Virus record (IMG/VR): IMGVR_UViG_3300028844_006278
Strand: one strand, 5' to 3'
Length of the DNA stretch: 64,000 nt
Source: a virus
Position numbers and translations under genes: made by a program
The notes under the pieces: generated by a model
The model's database searches: none
Told to the model about the DNA's origin: nothing
The model's input: the letters and a program-made list of their open reading frames with translations, nothing else
Part shown: positions 17,548 to 27,327 of the stretch, piece after piece
How positions within the stretch are numbered: position 1 is the first letter of the stretch
Layout: each line of letters opens with the position of its first letter

Positions 17548-17736
17548 CTACTCCCTATACTCCTCTACCATCTCTGGATAGAACTGGGAGATGTGTTCGA
17601 GAATCTCAGGCTCCGACATATCCTCAAGGTTGTCTACTATGGTTTCCTCCGCAAATGTCGCTAACGTGCTTATGTCCATTTGCTCCGTGATAGCCTCTGC
17701 GAATTCCTTACATAGGTTGTGTAGCTCTTCTTTCAT
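17548..17736 (-). CDS. Hypothetical protein
   Basis: Acidic small ORF. Confidence 0.6.
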   Translation of the reverse strand: MKEELHNLCKEFAEAITEQMDISTLATFAEETIVDNLEDMSEPEILEHISQFYPEMVEEYRE

Positions 17737-17740
17737 TACG

Positions 17741-18262
17741 CTACGCTGATCGGAGAGCTGTCTCGGCCTCTTCTTCTGGAAGATCTTCCAGAAACGTCAG
17801 AGTCTCTCCGTCGTATTGCTTTCGGATCCGCTTCTTATGTTCGGCGGTGTCTTCTTTGGTCCGTGTAATCTGGTAGACGCCTGGCCCTACGGATGTGGTG
17901 AATAGGAGGTATTTTCGATTCAGTCTCTTGTATTCCTTGCGAATAAGGTGTCGATTCAGAAGCTCGCCACATACTGTTTCCAAGTCCTGCTTCATCGGAT
18001 CCAGTCCGGCCGAATCGAACGTATACGGGGGATACGTTTCACCGATACGAACATTGAGCTCTTGCAGTTCTTTACGTATCTCTCTATAGGTAGCGGTCCC
18101 TGACTTAAGAGGGGAGACATCGTCAGGTCCTCCGCATCCGTGATTAGATGCCATTGCCCATCGTTTCCCGTCCACATATACGGTTGCAGTGTATGCGTGT
18201 GTTTCCTGCGAGAGGCCGTGGTTAATCTTGATGTTCTTCAGTTCTATCTTTGGCTTTTTCAT
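17741..18262 (-). CDS. Conserved phage protein (SQET..YTATVYVDG...N.G.GG)
   Basis: Recurrent phage motif; SD. Confidence 0.7.
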   Translation of the reverse strand: MKKPKIELKNIKINHGLSQETHAYTATVYVDGKRWAMASNHGCGGPDDVSPLKSGTATYREIRKELQELNVRIGETYPPYTFDSAGLDPMKQDLETVCGELLNRHLIRKEYKRLNRKYLLFTTSVGPGVYQITRTKEDTAEHKKRIRKQYDGETLTFLEDLPEEEAETALRSA

Positions 18263-18403
18263 TTATTGTCCTTGAGATGGCGAAGTATGTGCAAGTATCG
18301 CACACTCCTTCTTTGTCTACTGTCGTAGTGGGTGTCAGGCATTCGCATGCCTTGCATGTCACTCTATCGCACCGGAGGAGGAACCCTGTTGTCGGTGTAG
18401 TGC

Positions 18404-18616
18404 TCATTTTTCTATCGGCGGCTTTTTATACACCTTTGCTCGCACTAGCTCTTTGCATAGCTCTGTTGCATGGTCTAGGTACGGATGTGTGCTGTTCCGT
18501 ATCCGCATGTTGCGTAGTAGCCACAGGGGGTCGATCCTGCGCAGGGGTGGAAGATCCATCCCGTCTGTCACTGCCTTTAAGCGCGCGAATAGTTCTCTTG
18601 ACGTATCGGAATCCAT
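18404..18616 (-). CDS. Hypothetical protein
   Basis: SD, coupled. Confidence 0.6.
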   Translation of the reverse strand: MDSDTSRELFARLKAVTDGMDLPPLRRIDPLWLLRNMRIRNSTHPYLDHATELCKELVRAKVYKKPPIEK

Positions 18617-18636
18617 GGTATTCCCGAGCCTCCTTG

Positions 18637-18843
18637 TTATCTTGGCTGTAGTGGTGATCCTGGGATATGTAGGAGTCGTCCTCCTACATATCGATAGTTC
18701 GGCACACCTTCCGGATTATCCGTCACCGTGTAGTTAGTGAGATCGATATCTCTTTCCGATAGGTCGAATACATAGTTGTTCATCTGGTCCTCTGATGGGA
18801 ACGTCAGAACTTCTCCATCAGCTGTTCGTAGAGAAGTAGACAT
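18637..18843 (-). CDS. Hypothetical protein
   Basis: TAATG-coupled start MSTSLR. Confidence 0.55.
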   Translation of the reverse strand: MSTSLRTADGEVLTFPSEDQMNNYVFDLSERDIDLTNYTVTDNPEGVPNYRYVGGRLLHIPGSPLQPR

Positions 18844-19193
18844 TACTTTATCTCTTGCTTCCGGTACGATGTGATCGCTGTAGGGTCTCCTGGTTGAGTC
18901 AGGGCATACATTCGGTCCGATGCATACATACCTTCCATTTGCTTTATGTCCAGGGAATCTACTCTTCGTAAAACTGCGTTTTCTGTGATGTGTCCTCGAG
19001 CTGTGAGAAGGGCACTGGCTAATGAGTTGAACGATAGTACGAGCTTGCATGGCCCTTCATTTTCAATAGGTCCGTCACTAGTCTCGAAGTATATCTCTCT
19101 CTCGTCTTCCAGGGAAGCTGTGTAGAACCTATTACTGCTCTCATCCCATTTAAGTAGCGCCTCAGCCATGTTCGGCTCTGTGTTGTTACTCAC
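18843..19193 (-). CDS. Hypothetical protein
   Basis: AGGAG SD + GTG. Confidence 0.65.
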   Translation of the reverse strand: MSNNTEPNMAEALLKWDESSNRFYTASLEDEREIYFETSDGPIENEGPCKLVLSFNSLASALLTARGHITENAVLRRVDSLDIKQMEGMYASDRMYALTQPGDPTAITSYRKQEIK

Positions 19194-19217
19194 GGATTCT
19201 CTCCTGTGTGTGTGATT

Positions 19218-19538
19218 TTATAAGTAATATGCTCTGTGTATTACGGCATCGCCCTGTAAGGCTATGGATACCTCTGCCTTGGTCGGCATACTATATCCGC
19301 AGTTTGCGCAGAATGTGCCGCTCTTTACTAGTCCGAACCCATGTACGTTGTGTCCTACGTACACACTTCCGTCTTCGCAGTCTGAGCATGCTCTATATAC
19401 GAGTGGCATATCCTCTTTCTTTATGTCGTCGGCGAATTCGAATACGATACTTTCCTTGACTATTCTGGTACGGTCATTTCCAAGACTTAGTAGGATGTCC
19501 CTGGCCTGCTCCGCCTCTGTGATCTTGTATACGGTCAT
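19218..19538 (-). CDS. Zn-ribbon hypothetical protein
   Basis: CSDC, CANC. Confidence 0.65.
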   Translation of the reverse strand: MTVYKITEAEQARDILLSLGNDRTRIVKESIVFEFADDIKKEDMPLVYRACSDCEDGSVYVGHNVHGFGLVKSGTFCANCGYSMPTKAEVSIALQGDAVIHRAYYL

Positions 19539-19544
19539 AGTGAG

Positions 19545-19736
19545 CTACTGTTTTCTATGTTCTTCTTCGGAATTTAGCCACTCTATCACCTCAGGCAGAG
19601 TGCCGACGAACTTTGTTATATGAGACTTATTGAATATCTCAAACATATCGCCTGTGGTGGTCGACCCTGCCTTCCTGTGATGGAGCCCCAGTTTAAGCAG
19701 TCTGTCTTTTATAGACATATGTTTTGTACTTCTCAT
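19545..19736 (-). CDS. Hypothetical protein
   Basis: AGGAG SD. Confidence 0.55.
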   Translation of the reverse strand: MRSTKHMSIKDRLLKLGLHHRKAGSTTTGDMFEIFNKSHITKFVGTLPEVIEWLNSEEEHRKQ

Positions 19737-19922
19737 CGGAAGCTCCTTATCTTAAGATATTGAGGTTATGGTCTCTTCTGCGTGGCAGACCGTGCTATTT
19801 CTCCAGTCGTAGTCGTTTACTATGTCGTCCCACTCATAGCTGCCCTCCTCCACTCCATCCGGGATATCGAACGTATGTTCTCTGCACTCTTCTCTCAAGA
19901 TAGTTACTTTTTGCATTGTATG

Positions 19923-20609
19923 CTACTCCTTTTTATGTATCTTCAAGCAGTGCTCTTCCCACTGCTTAACCATAGCGTCCGCTATACCTTCGTAGGTTTT
20001 AGCTCGCTTGGCTGCTCTGTCCTTCCCGGGCCCTAGTCTGTTCTGACCTGAGTCGGTCTGGTTTGCCCATCTGGGCTTACCGTTTACCATGCGCGGAGGT
20101 ATGTACTTAGTCGGCTTCAGGGGCGGCAGCCCTTTGAGCCATAGTCCGGTCCTCTTAGACGCATCATGTCCGAATTCGTACGGCTGTACGTATTGCGTGG
20201 CCTTCTGTCCTGTGAACCCTCGGTCCTTAGCGAATTTGTCGCCAATCCTAGTCGATATACACCCTGTTGGGTTCTCTACGGCTATGTGCGGGATCGGTGC
20301 CGCCATTATGGACCGCACGAACTCTAGGGCATCCTCCGTAAGCTGCGGGTCTCTCAGTCCTCGGGTAGTCCAGTGTAGTCCTGAGCAACACAGATAGTCG
20401 CAAGGAGGATGGGCGATCAATATATCCCACCTTTTTCGCCGCCTGTCGTTGTGTAGGAGCTCAAGCAGATCTCCTACTATGTGGTTGCCGGCTGACGATG
20501 AGGGCAGGATATCGCAAGACCATGCGTTATGTCCTCTAGCTGCGAAGGCGTCCCGGACAGTTCCGGATGCTTCGCAGCCTACTAATACGTTTAGTTTATC
20601 CCTATGCAT
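19923..20609 (-). CDS. Phage-type DNA cytosine methyltransferase
   Basis: LVGCEASG, SCDILP, AHPPC, ENP, K.TGLWLKGLP, R..R.KTY.GIA.AM..QW. Confidence 0.82.
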   Translation of the reverse strand: MHRDKLNVLVGCEASGTVRDAFAARGHNAWSCDILPSSSAGNHIVGDLLELLHNDRRRKRWDILIAHPPCDYLCCSGLHWTTRGLRDPQLTEDALEFVRSIMAAPIPHIAVENPTGCISTRIGDKFAKDRGFTGQKATQYVQPYEFGHDASKRTGLWLKGLPPLKPTKYIPPRMVNGKPRWANQTDSGQNRLGPGKDRAAKRAKTYEGIADAMVKQWEEHCLKIHKKE

Positions 20610-21321
20610 CTGCTCCTCTGGCTGCTAAAGCAGCCGCTCGGATCAGGGCATCCTGCGCCTCGTTTAGGTCCTGTAGTACTGATCCTTTACCTCGCTTGCC
20701 GGGGCACAGTAGTTTTTTCAGCGCGTGCTGCTGCGCTGGACATGTTACGTCATATGCTCGTAGCACTTCGTATATGTCTATTACACACGATAGGTCCACT
20801 CCTTCGCGGCAATCGTAGATCGTGCGGTGGTATTTAGATCCGCTTGCTTCGGGGGCTTCCAAGTCCGGGGCCTCCGATTCTGGGAGATCTCGTACACATG
20901 TCTTGTGCTTGTTCTTGAATTTCTCATACTCTCCGACTAGGGCGAAGTAGCCTTCTGAGGACGCTGTTAGCTCTCCGCTAAGCGGATTTTCAGAACCAAC
21001 TACTTTGTCTGTCTGCCTGTACGTTAGTTCGACCTCCAGTCCTCCATTAATTCCTTCGTATATGAGGAACTCCTTTACGGCATCTATGAGCGGTTCTCCT
21101 CCCGTATTGCATGTGTATATCTGACTCCACCTTTTTGTTGATAGATTCACTAGTGAATGAGGTTCCACGTACCAGTCTAGCTCCACTACTCCGGTGCGGC
21201 TAGACGGGGGGCCAGTCGATAGCGCTTTTAACAAGCTGCCTTCGGCCTCTGCGCGATGCTCCAGCCTGCTGACTGCAGTACTAGGCCCTGTGATAGATAG
21301 GATGTTCTCGAATATATTCAT
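20602..21321 (-). CDS. Hypothetical fusion: degenerate DUF1281-like N-terminus + DUF3310-like C-terminus
   Basis: N-terminus resembles the neighbour; C-terminal QHALKKLLCPGKRGKGS..QDL.EA. Confidence 0.55.
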   Translation of the reverse strand: MNIFENILSITGPSTAVSRLEHRAEAEGSLLKALSTGPPSSRTGVVELDWYVEPHSLVNLSTKRWSQIYTCNTGGEPLIDAVKEFLIYEGINGGLEVELTYRQTDKVVGSENPLSGELTASSEGYFALVGEYEKFKNKHKTCVRDLPESEAPDLEAPEASGSKYHRTIYDCREGVDLSCVIDIYEVLRAYDVTCPAQQHALKKLLCPGKRGKGSVLQDLNEAQDALIRAAALAARGADA

Positions 21322-21782
21322 GCCGTGAGCTCGCTGTACTGTTGGACTATATCGAAGGCGGAGTCTAGTTCAGCAGGCAGGCGTTTGGCTGTCGTTATCG
21401 ATGAGACTGTGTAGACTGTGTCTCCCTCGTTGTCCCAGATTCCCGCGAAGCTGCAGCCGGGCTCATAGTACAGGGCAAATATCTTCCTACCCTCCTGCTG
21501 ACCGATCCAGTGCGCATATGCACCTGTCGGAGGGCTCCAGGCCGAGTCGAACCTTAGTCGCATCGAGGCCTCTTTGTTTGAATAGCCAGTCTCCAAGATA
21601 TCAGGATGCACGTCCCATTTGCAGTGCCAGTTGTTGCAGCGCCAGTTGTACCAGTCGCCGTTGTGTGTTTCCGGATACAGTACTGACAGGAGTCCTTCTC
21701 CGTCGTATAAGCTGTTGGCTATATGCTCAACGTCCTCTTTCGTAGCTGTAATTTCAACTACGTTCTCGCACCAATTAGGCAT
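21318..21782 (-). CDS. DUF1281/YubB ferredoxin-like domain protein
   Basis: MPNWCEN, WYNWR..NW..KWD, FDSAWSPP, YYEPG..FAG. Confidence 0.85.
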   Translation of the reverse strand: MPNWCENVVEITATKEDVEHIANSLYDGEGLLSVLYPETHNGDWYNWRCNNWHCKWDVHPDILETGYSNKEASMRLRFDSAWSPPTGAYAHWIGQQEGRKIFALYYEPGCSFAGIWDNEGDTVYTVSSITTAKRLPAELDSAFDIVQQYSELTA

Positions 21783-21963
21783 AGTGCTTCGTCCCCTCTT
21801 TTGCTGCTCTCAGGGACTCTGCCCCTTTCTCAGAATCCAGTGCGGATACTACGTCCGCTACTGTCTCATCCAAGTCTACATCCATGGTGATGTTTCTTGG
21901 GGCGGTGGTTGCCAGTTCGGCAATCTTATCCGGCCAGTCCGGTTTCGTACTTTCTTTGCTCAC
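21775..21963 (-). CDS. Hypothetical protein
   Basis: AAGGAG SD + GTG. Confidence 0.55.
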   Translation of the reverse strand: MSKESTKPDWPDKIAELATTAPRNITMDVDLDETVADVVSALDSEKGAESLRAAKEGTKHYA

Positions 21964-22034
21964 GTTCAGTTCTCCTTATATTCTGCTAATGTGCTGCGCT
22001 CTACTCGGTACCTAGTTGTCTCATCTTCCATTCT

Positions 22035-22535
22035 TCAGATAGGCCTGGCTCGGGTATTGTGTTTGCGGTCCCGGTATTTGCGGTCCCGGTATCTCTTGCG
22101 AAGGACTCGAAGCCGTTCCGGGCTATGCTCCGTGCCCTCGGACTGCACTTCTTGGATGGCTAGGTCTACATGTCTGCGGTGTATCCGAAGTGCTCCTCGG
22201 CGTCGCATCTCCGCCGCAGCTAGTTCGTGTACTCTCGCCCCTATGGCGATGTCTTCGTCTGAGATCTTAGAGACAGGCTTCTTTGCCTCTAGGGTACGTG
22301 CCTCGTTTTTTATCCACCCCGGTCGTATGGGGTCTACCGGGATCGGTACGCACTCTTCTTTGCAGGCGTGGCAGTGAGCTACGCTAAGCTGTCGTGTCGG
22401 TTCCAAGTGTCCGAACCTAGCTCCGCACTCAGAGCAGCCGAACAGCGCAGCTGCGTCGTCGCTTGTTGCCCCTAGCTGAGCCCTAACGTATTGGGCGCAG
22501 GAGCGTCTAAATGAATAATCGTCGATATGTGGCAT
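22035..22535 (-). CDS. Zn-ribbon, basic-tail hypothetical protein
   Basis: CSEC, CHAC; Arg/Lys-rich tail with 15-bp duplication. Confidence 0.65.
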   Translation of the reverse strand: MPHIDDYSFRRSCAQYVRAQLGATSDDAAALFGCSECGARFGHLEPTRQLSVAHCHACKEECVPIPVDPIRPGWIKNEARTLEAKKPVSKISDEDIAIGARVHELAAAEMRRRGALRIHRRHVDLAIQEVQSEGTEHSPERLRVLRKRYRDRKYRDRKHNTRARPI

Positions 22536-22555
22536 AGTGTTCTCTTGTGGAAAAA

Positions 22556-22571
22556 TAGCATACGTATGCTA
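22556..22571. promoter_or_regulatory. 16-bp palindromic box (perfect) in divergent intergenic region
   Basis: TAGCATACGTATGCTA. Confidence 0.7.
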
Positions 22572-22627
22572 AATGTTATTGGTTATTGATTCCTGTATAG
22601 GAATCTAGTCTGCCGTCTCTTCGGTCA

Positions 22628-23308
22628 ATGCCCTCTATGCCTATCTGTACAATCTGCCGCGACCACATTCGAGAGAATTGCCTGGAGTGGCTCTCTCTAG
22701 TGCTCTGCTCTACTGATTCTGAGCGGGAGGTGTTCATAGAGCTTATGGAGGAGGATCCGGAGTCCTATCACAAGATGCTGCACAGCCCGCACACCATGCA
22801 GGCCGTCCTGGAGTCAGCGTATGCTGCGGAGGAAGTGGATTTCCATATAGCTACTTATGTAGGACTAAGTCGGCTGCTTCTGCAGAGGGGCGTTGATGAT
22901 GCGTCCCTTGCGGACTATCTGACCGCTATGCTAGGTAAGTTCCTATTTGAGGTAGATTGGGTAGGTACTGAGTTTTCTCGACCCGCCGCATATGTAGACC
23001 ACCTGATAGACGCCATTGCTGCCGAGGCTATGATAGGAGACAAGGCCGCGGTCCTTAGGCTGGAGACCCATCTTGCGAACTATTGCTTGTTCGTCTCCAC
23101 CGTGATGGTTCGGACATTCAGTCCATTGGAGCTAGATGCAGACGGAGAGGAAGCCTTACTGTTGTCCTTGTCTGAGATGTCCCGTGAGAGATTCCTATCA
23201 GTAGCTGCCCAAGACGTGGTTATCCCGCTTGTGTATTCGGCAATAGGTCGGGACTTCGAGGCTGTCTGTGATGCCCTCGTATCGTTTGTAGAGGGTCCCT
23301 TCGTATAG
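22628..23308 (+). CDS. Helical hypothetical protein, possibly host-derived
   Basis: Lone plus-strand gene; LADYL..ML..F and HLANYCLF motifs. Confidence 0.7.
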   Translation: MPSMPICTICRDHIRENCLEWLSLVLCSTDSEREVFIELMEEDPESYHKMLHSPHTMQAVLESAYAAEEVDFHIATYVGLSRLLLQRGVDDASLADYLTAMLGKFLFEVDWVGTEFSRPAAYVDHLIDAIAAEAMIGDKAAVLRLETHLANYCLFVSTVMVRTFSPLELDADGEEALLLSLSEMSRERFLSVAAQDVVIPLVYSAIGRDFEAVCDALVSFVEGPFV

Positions 23309-23310
23309 AG

Positions 23311-23349
23311 AAAAACCCTCCCCCCTGTCTGTTAAGAAGGGAGGAGGGC
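23311..23349. terminator. Intrinsic terminator-like hairpin between convergent genes
   Basis: aaaaa-ccctccccc...gggaggaggg. Confidence 0.55.
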
Positions 23350-23421
23350 CGCATGGAGGCGCAGAGACGGCGACTGTCTCTGTACTCTCTACTAACTACC
23401 CGTCCTGCTGACGCAACGCCA

Positions 23422-23763
23422 CTATGCGAATATGATGGTCTGGCATATGCGCTTGCTCCGCTTTGTCGATAGCAGTGTTAATTTTCCGTCTGCCGGCCTG
23501 GCCACTGCTGTGGGTATACCTAGAGACGATACCAGATAGTCCGGAACTGCTGGTTCCGCATCTGCGGGGGATCTGCTAACTCTGTACAGAAGTACCGGTC
23601 GATGCCCGTCTTTTGACAGTTCTTCGATTGCTGCTTTGTATGCTATTGTATACTTGAGGGAGGATGCTTTTTCCTCGTTGAGCGGCTTATCTACGATTAG
23701 CGGCATGTCGACGATGTCTCCCTGCGTGCCTTGTAGGCAGATTCTATACTCAGTGCAGTCCAT
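23422..23763 (-). CDS. Hypothetical protein
   Basis: Coupled ORF. Confidence 0.6.
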   Translation of the reverse strand: MDCTEYRICLQGTQGDIVDMPLIVDKPLNEEKASSLKYTIAYKAAIEELSKDGHRPVLLYRVSRSPADAEPAVPDYLVSSLGIPTAVARPADGKLTLLSTKRSKRICQTIIFA

Positions 23764-24460
23764 AACTTACCCACGGTTGTTCGGTGTCCCAGCAGGCTCT
23801 GCAGTCGCCGCAGAATCCAAACTCGACGTCTGGCTCCTCTTTGCTTCTGCGAAGCTGTGCTCGCTTATCTTTCGATACGATCTCTCCGCTCTTCAGCGTG
23901 CGGTAGGCCAGGCACTCGTGTGCCGGCTCCGGAGCTTTGGTGCGATGCACTGTAGAGACCGGTAGGTTGCGTACCTTGGCCTTAGGCTCCTCGTCTATGT
24001 AGAAGGCCGATAGCCGGATACATAGGTTGTCAGGTATGTCTCCTGCGTAACGCTTAACGAGGTGTATCTCCTTGGTCGGCAGCCAGTGCTGCACATCAGG
24101 TGTACGCCGACATACCTCGCAGATGTTTGCTAGGTGATCCATAGACTGTAGGTCGCCGGAATCGTGCCATCGGAAATGCGTATATCCCTTGGTCCTGCGG
24201 TATCGGCTAATTAGAAAGACCATGGCCTCCACCCACATCGGGTGTGCGAGCGCAGCTAGTCTCCGATACATAGCATTCTTTACGTTCTCAAACAGGTATC
24301 TGCCCTTTCGCGCATAGCAGTCGAAGCATACCGATCCCTTTAATTTATTGAGTGCGGACCCTACATTACATTCTACGGCCGGTAGATTGTAGCTGTATCC
24401 GGGCATCTTACTGGGGGTGGATAACTTCCCTGTTATATCCTGTGCTTCCTTTACGAGCAT
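23750..24460 (-). CDS. GP88-family (radical-SAM-like Cys-cluster) protein
   Basis: SKMPG.S..LPA..C, GSVCFDCYARKG, FRWHDSGD, CGDCRACW. Confidence 0.85.
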   Translation of the reverse strand: MLVKEAQDITGKLSTPSKMPGYSYNLPAVECNVGSALNKLKGSVCFDCYARKGRYLFENVKNAMYRRLAALAHPMWVEAMVFLISRYRRTKGYTHFRWHDSGDLQSMDHLANICEVCRRTPDVQHWLPTKEIHLVKRYAGDIPDNLCIRLSAFYIDEEPKAKVRNLPVSTVHRTKAPEPAHECLAYRTLKSGEIVSKDKRAQLRRSKEEPDVEFGFCGDCRACWDTEQPWVSYGLH

Positions 24461-24584
24461 GTTGTTGTACCATAGTGCTTTCTCCTTTCCTTGTTTTGGG
24501 ATTCATGTTATTCAGTTCTTAGTTGGTTGTGCCCGGTTCGCCTCCTCCTGCAGCGAAGGTATGTGCGCTGGTGCGGTCGGTTGT

Positions 24585-25355
24585 TTAGCCGACTACCTCG
24601 GTGTACTTCTTCCCCCCGACGATCCCTGCGGTCACGTCTAAGAGCCCTTTAAGGGTCTCCTGGGTTCGAGGCAGTTCGAAGATGTTGCGTCCCTTCTGGA
24701 CCTCCGTGAAGGCGTTTTGGAGGGTCCACAGAGATCCTCCGTCCTCTTCAAGGTGCTCCGGGTATGTCGGTTCCTCGAATTCGGCCAGAACTTTGAGGAT
24801 TTTACTAGGAGGCAGTACGCCTCCTTCAACGGCCCGTACGGTGAGTGCTCGTGCCTCGTCTCCGGACAACATGCGCTGCCGGTAGGCCGTCATGCGGCTC
24901 TCCGTCTCTTCGTAGTGGTCGTTAAGCTGAGACACGCACTGCCATACCAGTCGAGGCAGGTCTCGGTAGATATTCCGAGTATGGCGCCGTCCGATTACAG
25001 CCTCTCCGGAGAAGCAGAGATTATCGCAGACTAGCACTCGGTTGCCGAAGCAGATACCCGCGCGGAAGCGCTTATCGTGGGAGTTCCGCAGACCTACGGT
25101 CATTGTAAACTGCGTATTCGCCCCGTCAGACGGAGCTAAATTCAGGAGGCCGAAGTAGCGGCTACCGTCGTGCGATACGGCGTGTTGCTCGCTATAAACA
25201 GCTGCTCCTGCCTCTTCTAAGGAGTGCATTACTTCTTCATAGAGGTCGTAGTGGGCGATCGGATAGTGTCGTCCGGAGGACATCGGTGTTGTCGAGTTTT
25301 TAAGCTCTTCGATGCTGACGGGTGCGCTCTTAGAGCGTGCAATTGCAAGATCCAT
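24585..25355 (-). CDS. DUF932-family protein
   Basis: GLRNSHDK, G.RVLVCDNL, RRHT, SLWTLQNAFTE. Confidence 0.85.
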   Translation of the reverse strand: MDLAIARSKSAPVSIEELKNSTTPMSSGRHYPIAHYDLYEEVMHSLEEAGAAVYSEQHAVSHDGSRYFGLLNLAPSDGANTQFTMTVGLRNSHDKRFRAGICFGNRVLVCDNLCFSGEAVIGRRHTRNIYRDLPRLVWQCVSQLNDHYEETESRMTAYRQRMLSGDEARALTVRAVEGGVLPPSKILKVLAEFEEPTYPEHLEEDGGSLWTLQNAFTEVQKGRNIFELPRTQETLKGLLDVTAGIVGGKKYTEVVG

Positions 25356-25383
25356 GTGTGTGTGTTGTTCCTGTGTGTTGTGA

Positions 25384-25623
25384 TTACGGCTTGAAGTAGA
25401 CGGATGTGTGCTTGGTTTTGACTCGCTTAATCTGCAGGCTTTCGTCTCCTTCGACCTCGGAGATTGCGGAGACCAAGTCGTCCAATTCTCCGTATGTGGC
25501 GGTTACCAGCTTGTGTGTGCGCTGTGACTTACCGATGATTGTGAAGTTATATAGGTGCGGGGCGAGAAGTTTAGCTGCTTTCTCGAGCGCGGTCGTTATC
25601 TTTAGGTTGTTGGTGGTGCTCAT
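25384..25623 (-). CDS. Hypothetical protein
   Basis: SD + ATG. Confidence 0.6.
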   Translation of the reverse strand: MSTTNNLKITTALEKAAKLLAPHLYNFTIIGKSQRTHKLVTATYGELDDLVSAISEVEGDESLQIKRVKTKHTSVYFKP

Positions 25624-25674
25624 TGGGTTCCTGTGGTGTGTGAATATTATGTCTCCTTTTCCGGTTGTTGTACT

Positions 25675-25857
25675 CTATCTCTTACGTCGGCATCCGCAGC
25701 CTTTCGATCTCCCGCGACCGGTGCGGGGTGGGGAGGCCTTCGCGGACAGCACGTCCTTGCGAACAGACGCCGATCCGCATTTTTCACAGACTGGTGCAGT
25801 CGTCTCCTCTCCGTACCGGTATGCGCGGCAGTCTCTGCAGAATATCCTGACAGTCAC
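25675..25857 (-). CDS. Small Zn-ribbon protein
   Basis: CRDC, CEKC. Confidence 0.55.
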   Translation of the reverse strand: MTVRIFCRDCRAYRYGEETTAPVCEKCGSASVRKDVLSAKASPPRTGRGRSKGCGCRRKR

Positions 25858-25858
25858 T

Positions 25859-26257
25859 CTACGCCTCGACTAACAGCGCATCAGCTACAGCTTCGTACTC
25901 TTTTTCGTACTCCTCAGAGTCCGAATCTTCAGAAGCCGTAGGATCGACGCTAAGGGCCTCTACGTCTTGACCCGCACTCTTGGCCGCCTCCCGCTGCTGC
26001 AGGGCTCCCAGGGCATCCTCATACGTCCCTAGCATGGTACGTACCGTTTTACGCAGACCTAGGAACTCCGAGCTGTTCGGAGGCATCTGTAGTAGGCTAT
26101 CCTGCATGTACTCTATGGCGGATAGCAGCTGCTCGGAATTTAGAGGTACTGCTATGAAGCTATCCTCCGAGAACTGTGCTGTGAACAGCTCTGCAGCGCT
26201 GCTCAGCTGTGAAGGGTCTGTCCCGTCAATCTTACTCATATCTACTCCGTGGTCCAA
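25859..26257 (-). CDS. Acidic hypothetical protein
   Basis: Coupled ORF. Confidence 0.65.
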   Translation of the reverse strand: MDHGVDMSKIDGTDPSQLSSAAELFTAQFSEDSFIAVPLNSEQLLSAIEYMQDSLLQMPPNSSEFLGLRKTVRTMLGTYEDALGALQQREAAKSAGQDVEALSVDPTASEDSDSEEYEKEYEAVADALLVEA

Positions 26258-27327
26258 GGGTGGTCGGCGTAATACTTAGCTTCCCGCTTAGTCCGTACGT
26301 CCGCATATATCTGTTCTGAGATGACCGCGTCTACGGTCAGGTTAACGTGACTGCGGTAATTAAGGATCTGTTTTGTCCATGCTGCATACTCCTCCAAACT
26401 TAGGCCCTCCGCTTGTAGACTTCTCTTCAGGCGTATTAGTGATTGCTTCTGTATGGCCTGCTTACGGGGGTCACGCGGCATATGTTCGTGCTGTATCCCG
26501 AAGACGCATACTACGCGGCAGAAGAGCTGATCGTATAAGGCGTAGTCCTTTTCCTTGTATCGGGCGTGGAACCACTTCTTCAGTGCCAAGACGAGGAGCT
26601 GGCACTTATCCGCGTCGGACTCGCCTCGAAGGGCCCTGCCTCCCCAATACTCTCTTTGCGGGATCAGCGCCCAGTCTACGAACACTGGATAGGACATCGT
26701 ACTCAGCTCCAGCGGCACGTTCTCCTCGAACCACTGCAGGATCTCCCGCCAGGCCGCACCATCCTTCGCCAGTAGCTCCTCCCCAGAAGTAAAACCTCCC
26801 ATCGCAGGCACCGATGGCGGCTTGTCCGCCAGGGGGGTCGGCGATGTTAGTAGTTTTATTGGTGTTATTCCTATAGGATTATAAGATCTATTAGTAATAG
26901 GAGTAATAAGAGTCTTATAAAGAGCAGGTTCCGTGCCAGGTTCTGAAATGGCACAATCATGCCCTTCCGACGGATTAGAGGCAGTGAACGGGCATGGCTG
27001 TGCCTTTTCATTAGGGTCTGAAAGGTCATGATGGTGCTCTTTCACATCCAGCGACAATTGATAAAACTCTCCACGTTTAGATACTGATCCGTCCCTGTTT
27101 ATGCGGCTTAAGAGACCTAAGGCTCGGAGGTGTTTCAGATAGTTCTTCAGCGCCCTATACTTGCAGCCGATCTGCGTAGCGAGTCTGCCCATATCGGCCT
27201 TCACTCGGCCGTTCTCATCAGCCTCTGCGGCCAGATACAGGAGAATGAGCGCCTCCTGTCCCTTAACCTCGAGGGAGTTGAGGATGTACGGAATAGCTCG
27301 GGCTCCGTATTCTGTCAGAACTGACAT
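26242..27327 (-). CDS. wHTH protein, putative replication initiator
   Basis: N-terminal wHTH (LILLYLA...RLATQIGC.YRALK..LK.L...GLL.R); internal AT-rich linker and inverted repeat. Confidence 0.65.
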   Translation of the reverse strand: MSVLTEYGARAIPYILNSLEVKGQEALILLYLAAEADENGRVKADMGRLATQIGCKYRALKNYLKHLRALGLLSRINRDGSVSKRGEFYQLSLDVKEHHHDLSDPNEKAQPCPFTASNPSEGHDCAISEPGTEPALYKTLITPITNRSYNPIGITPIKLLTSPTPLADKPPSVPAMGGFTSGEELLAKDGAAWREILQWFEENVPLELSTMSYPVFVDWALIPQREYWGGRALRGESDADKCQLLVLALKKWFHARYKEKDYALYDQLFCRVVCVFGIQHEHMPRDPRKQAIQKQSLIRLKRSLQAEGLSLEEYAAWTKQILNYRSHVNLTVDAVISEQIYADVRTKREAKYYADHPWTTE

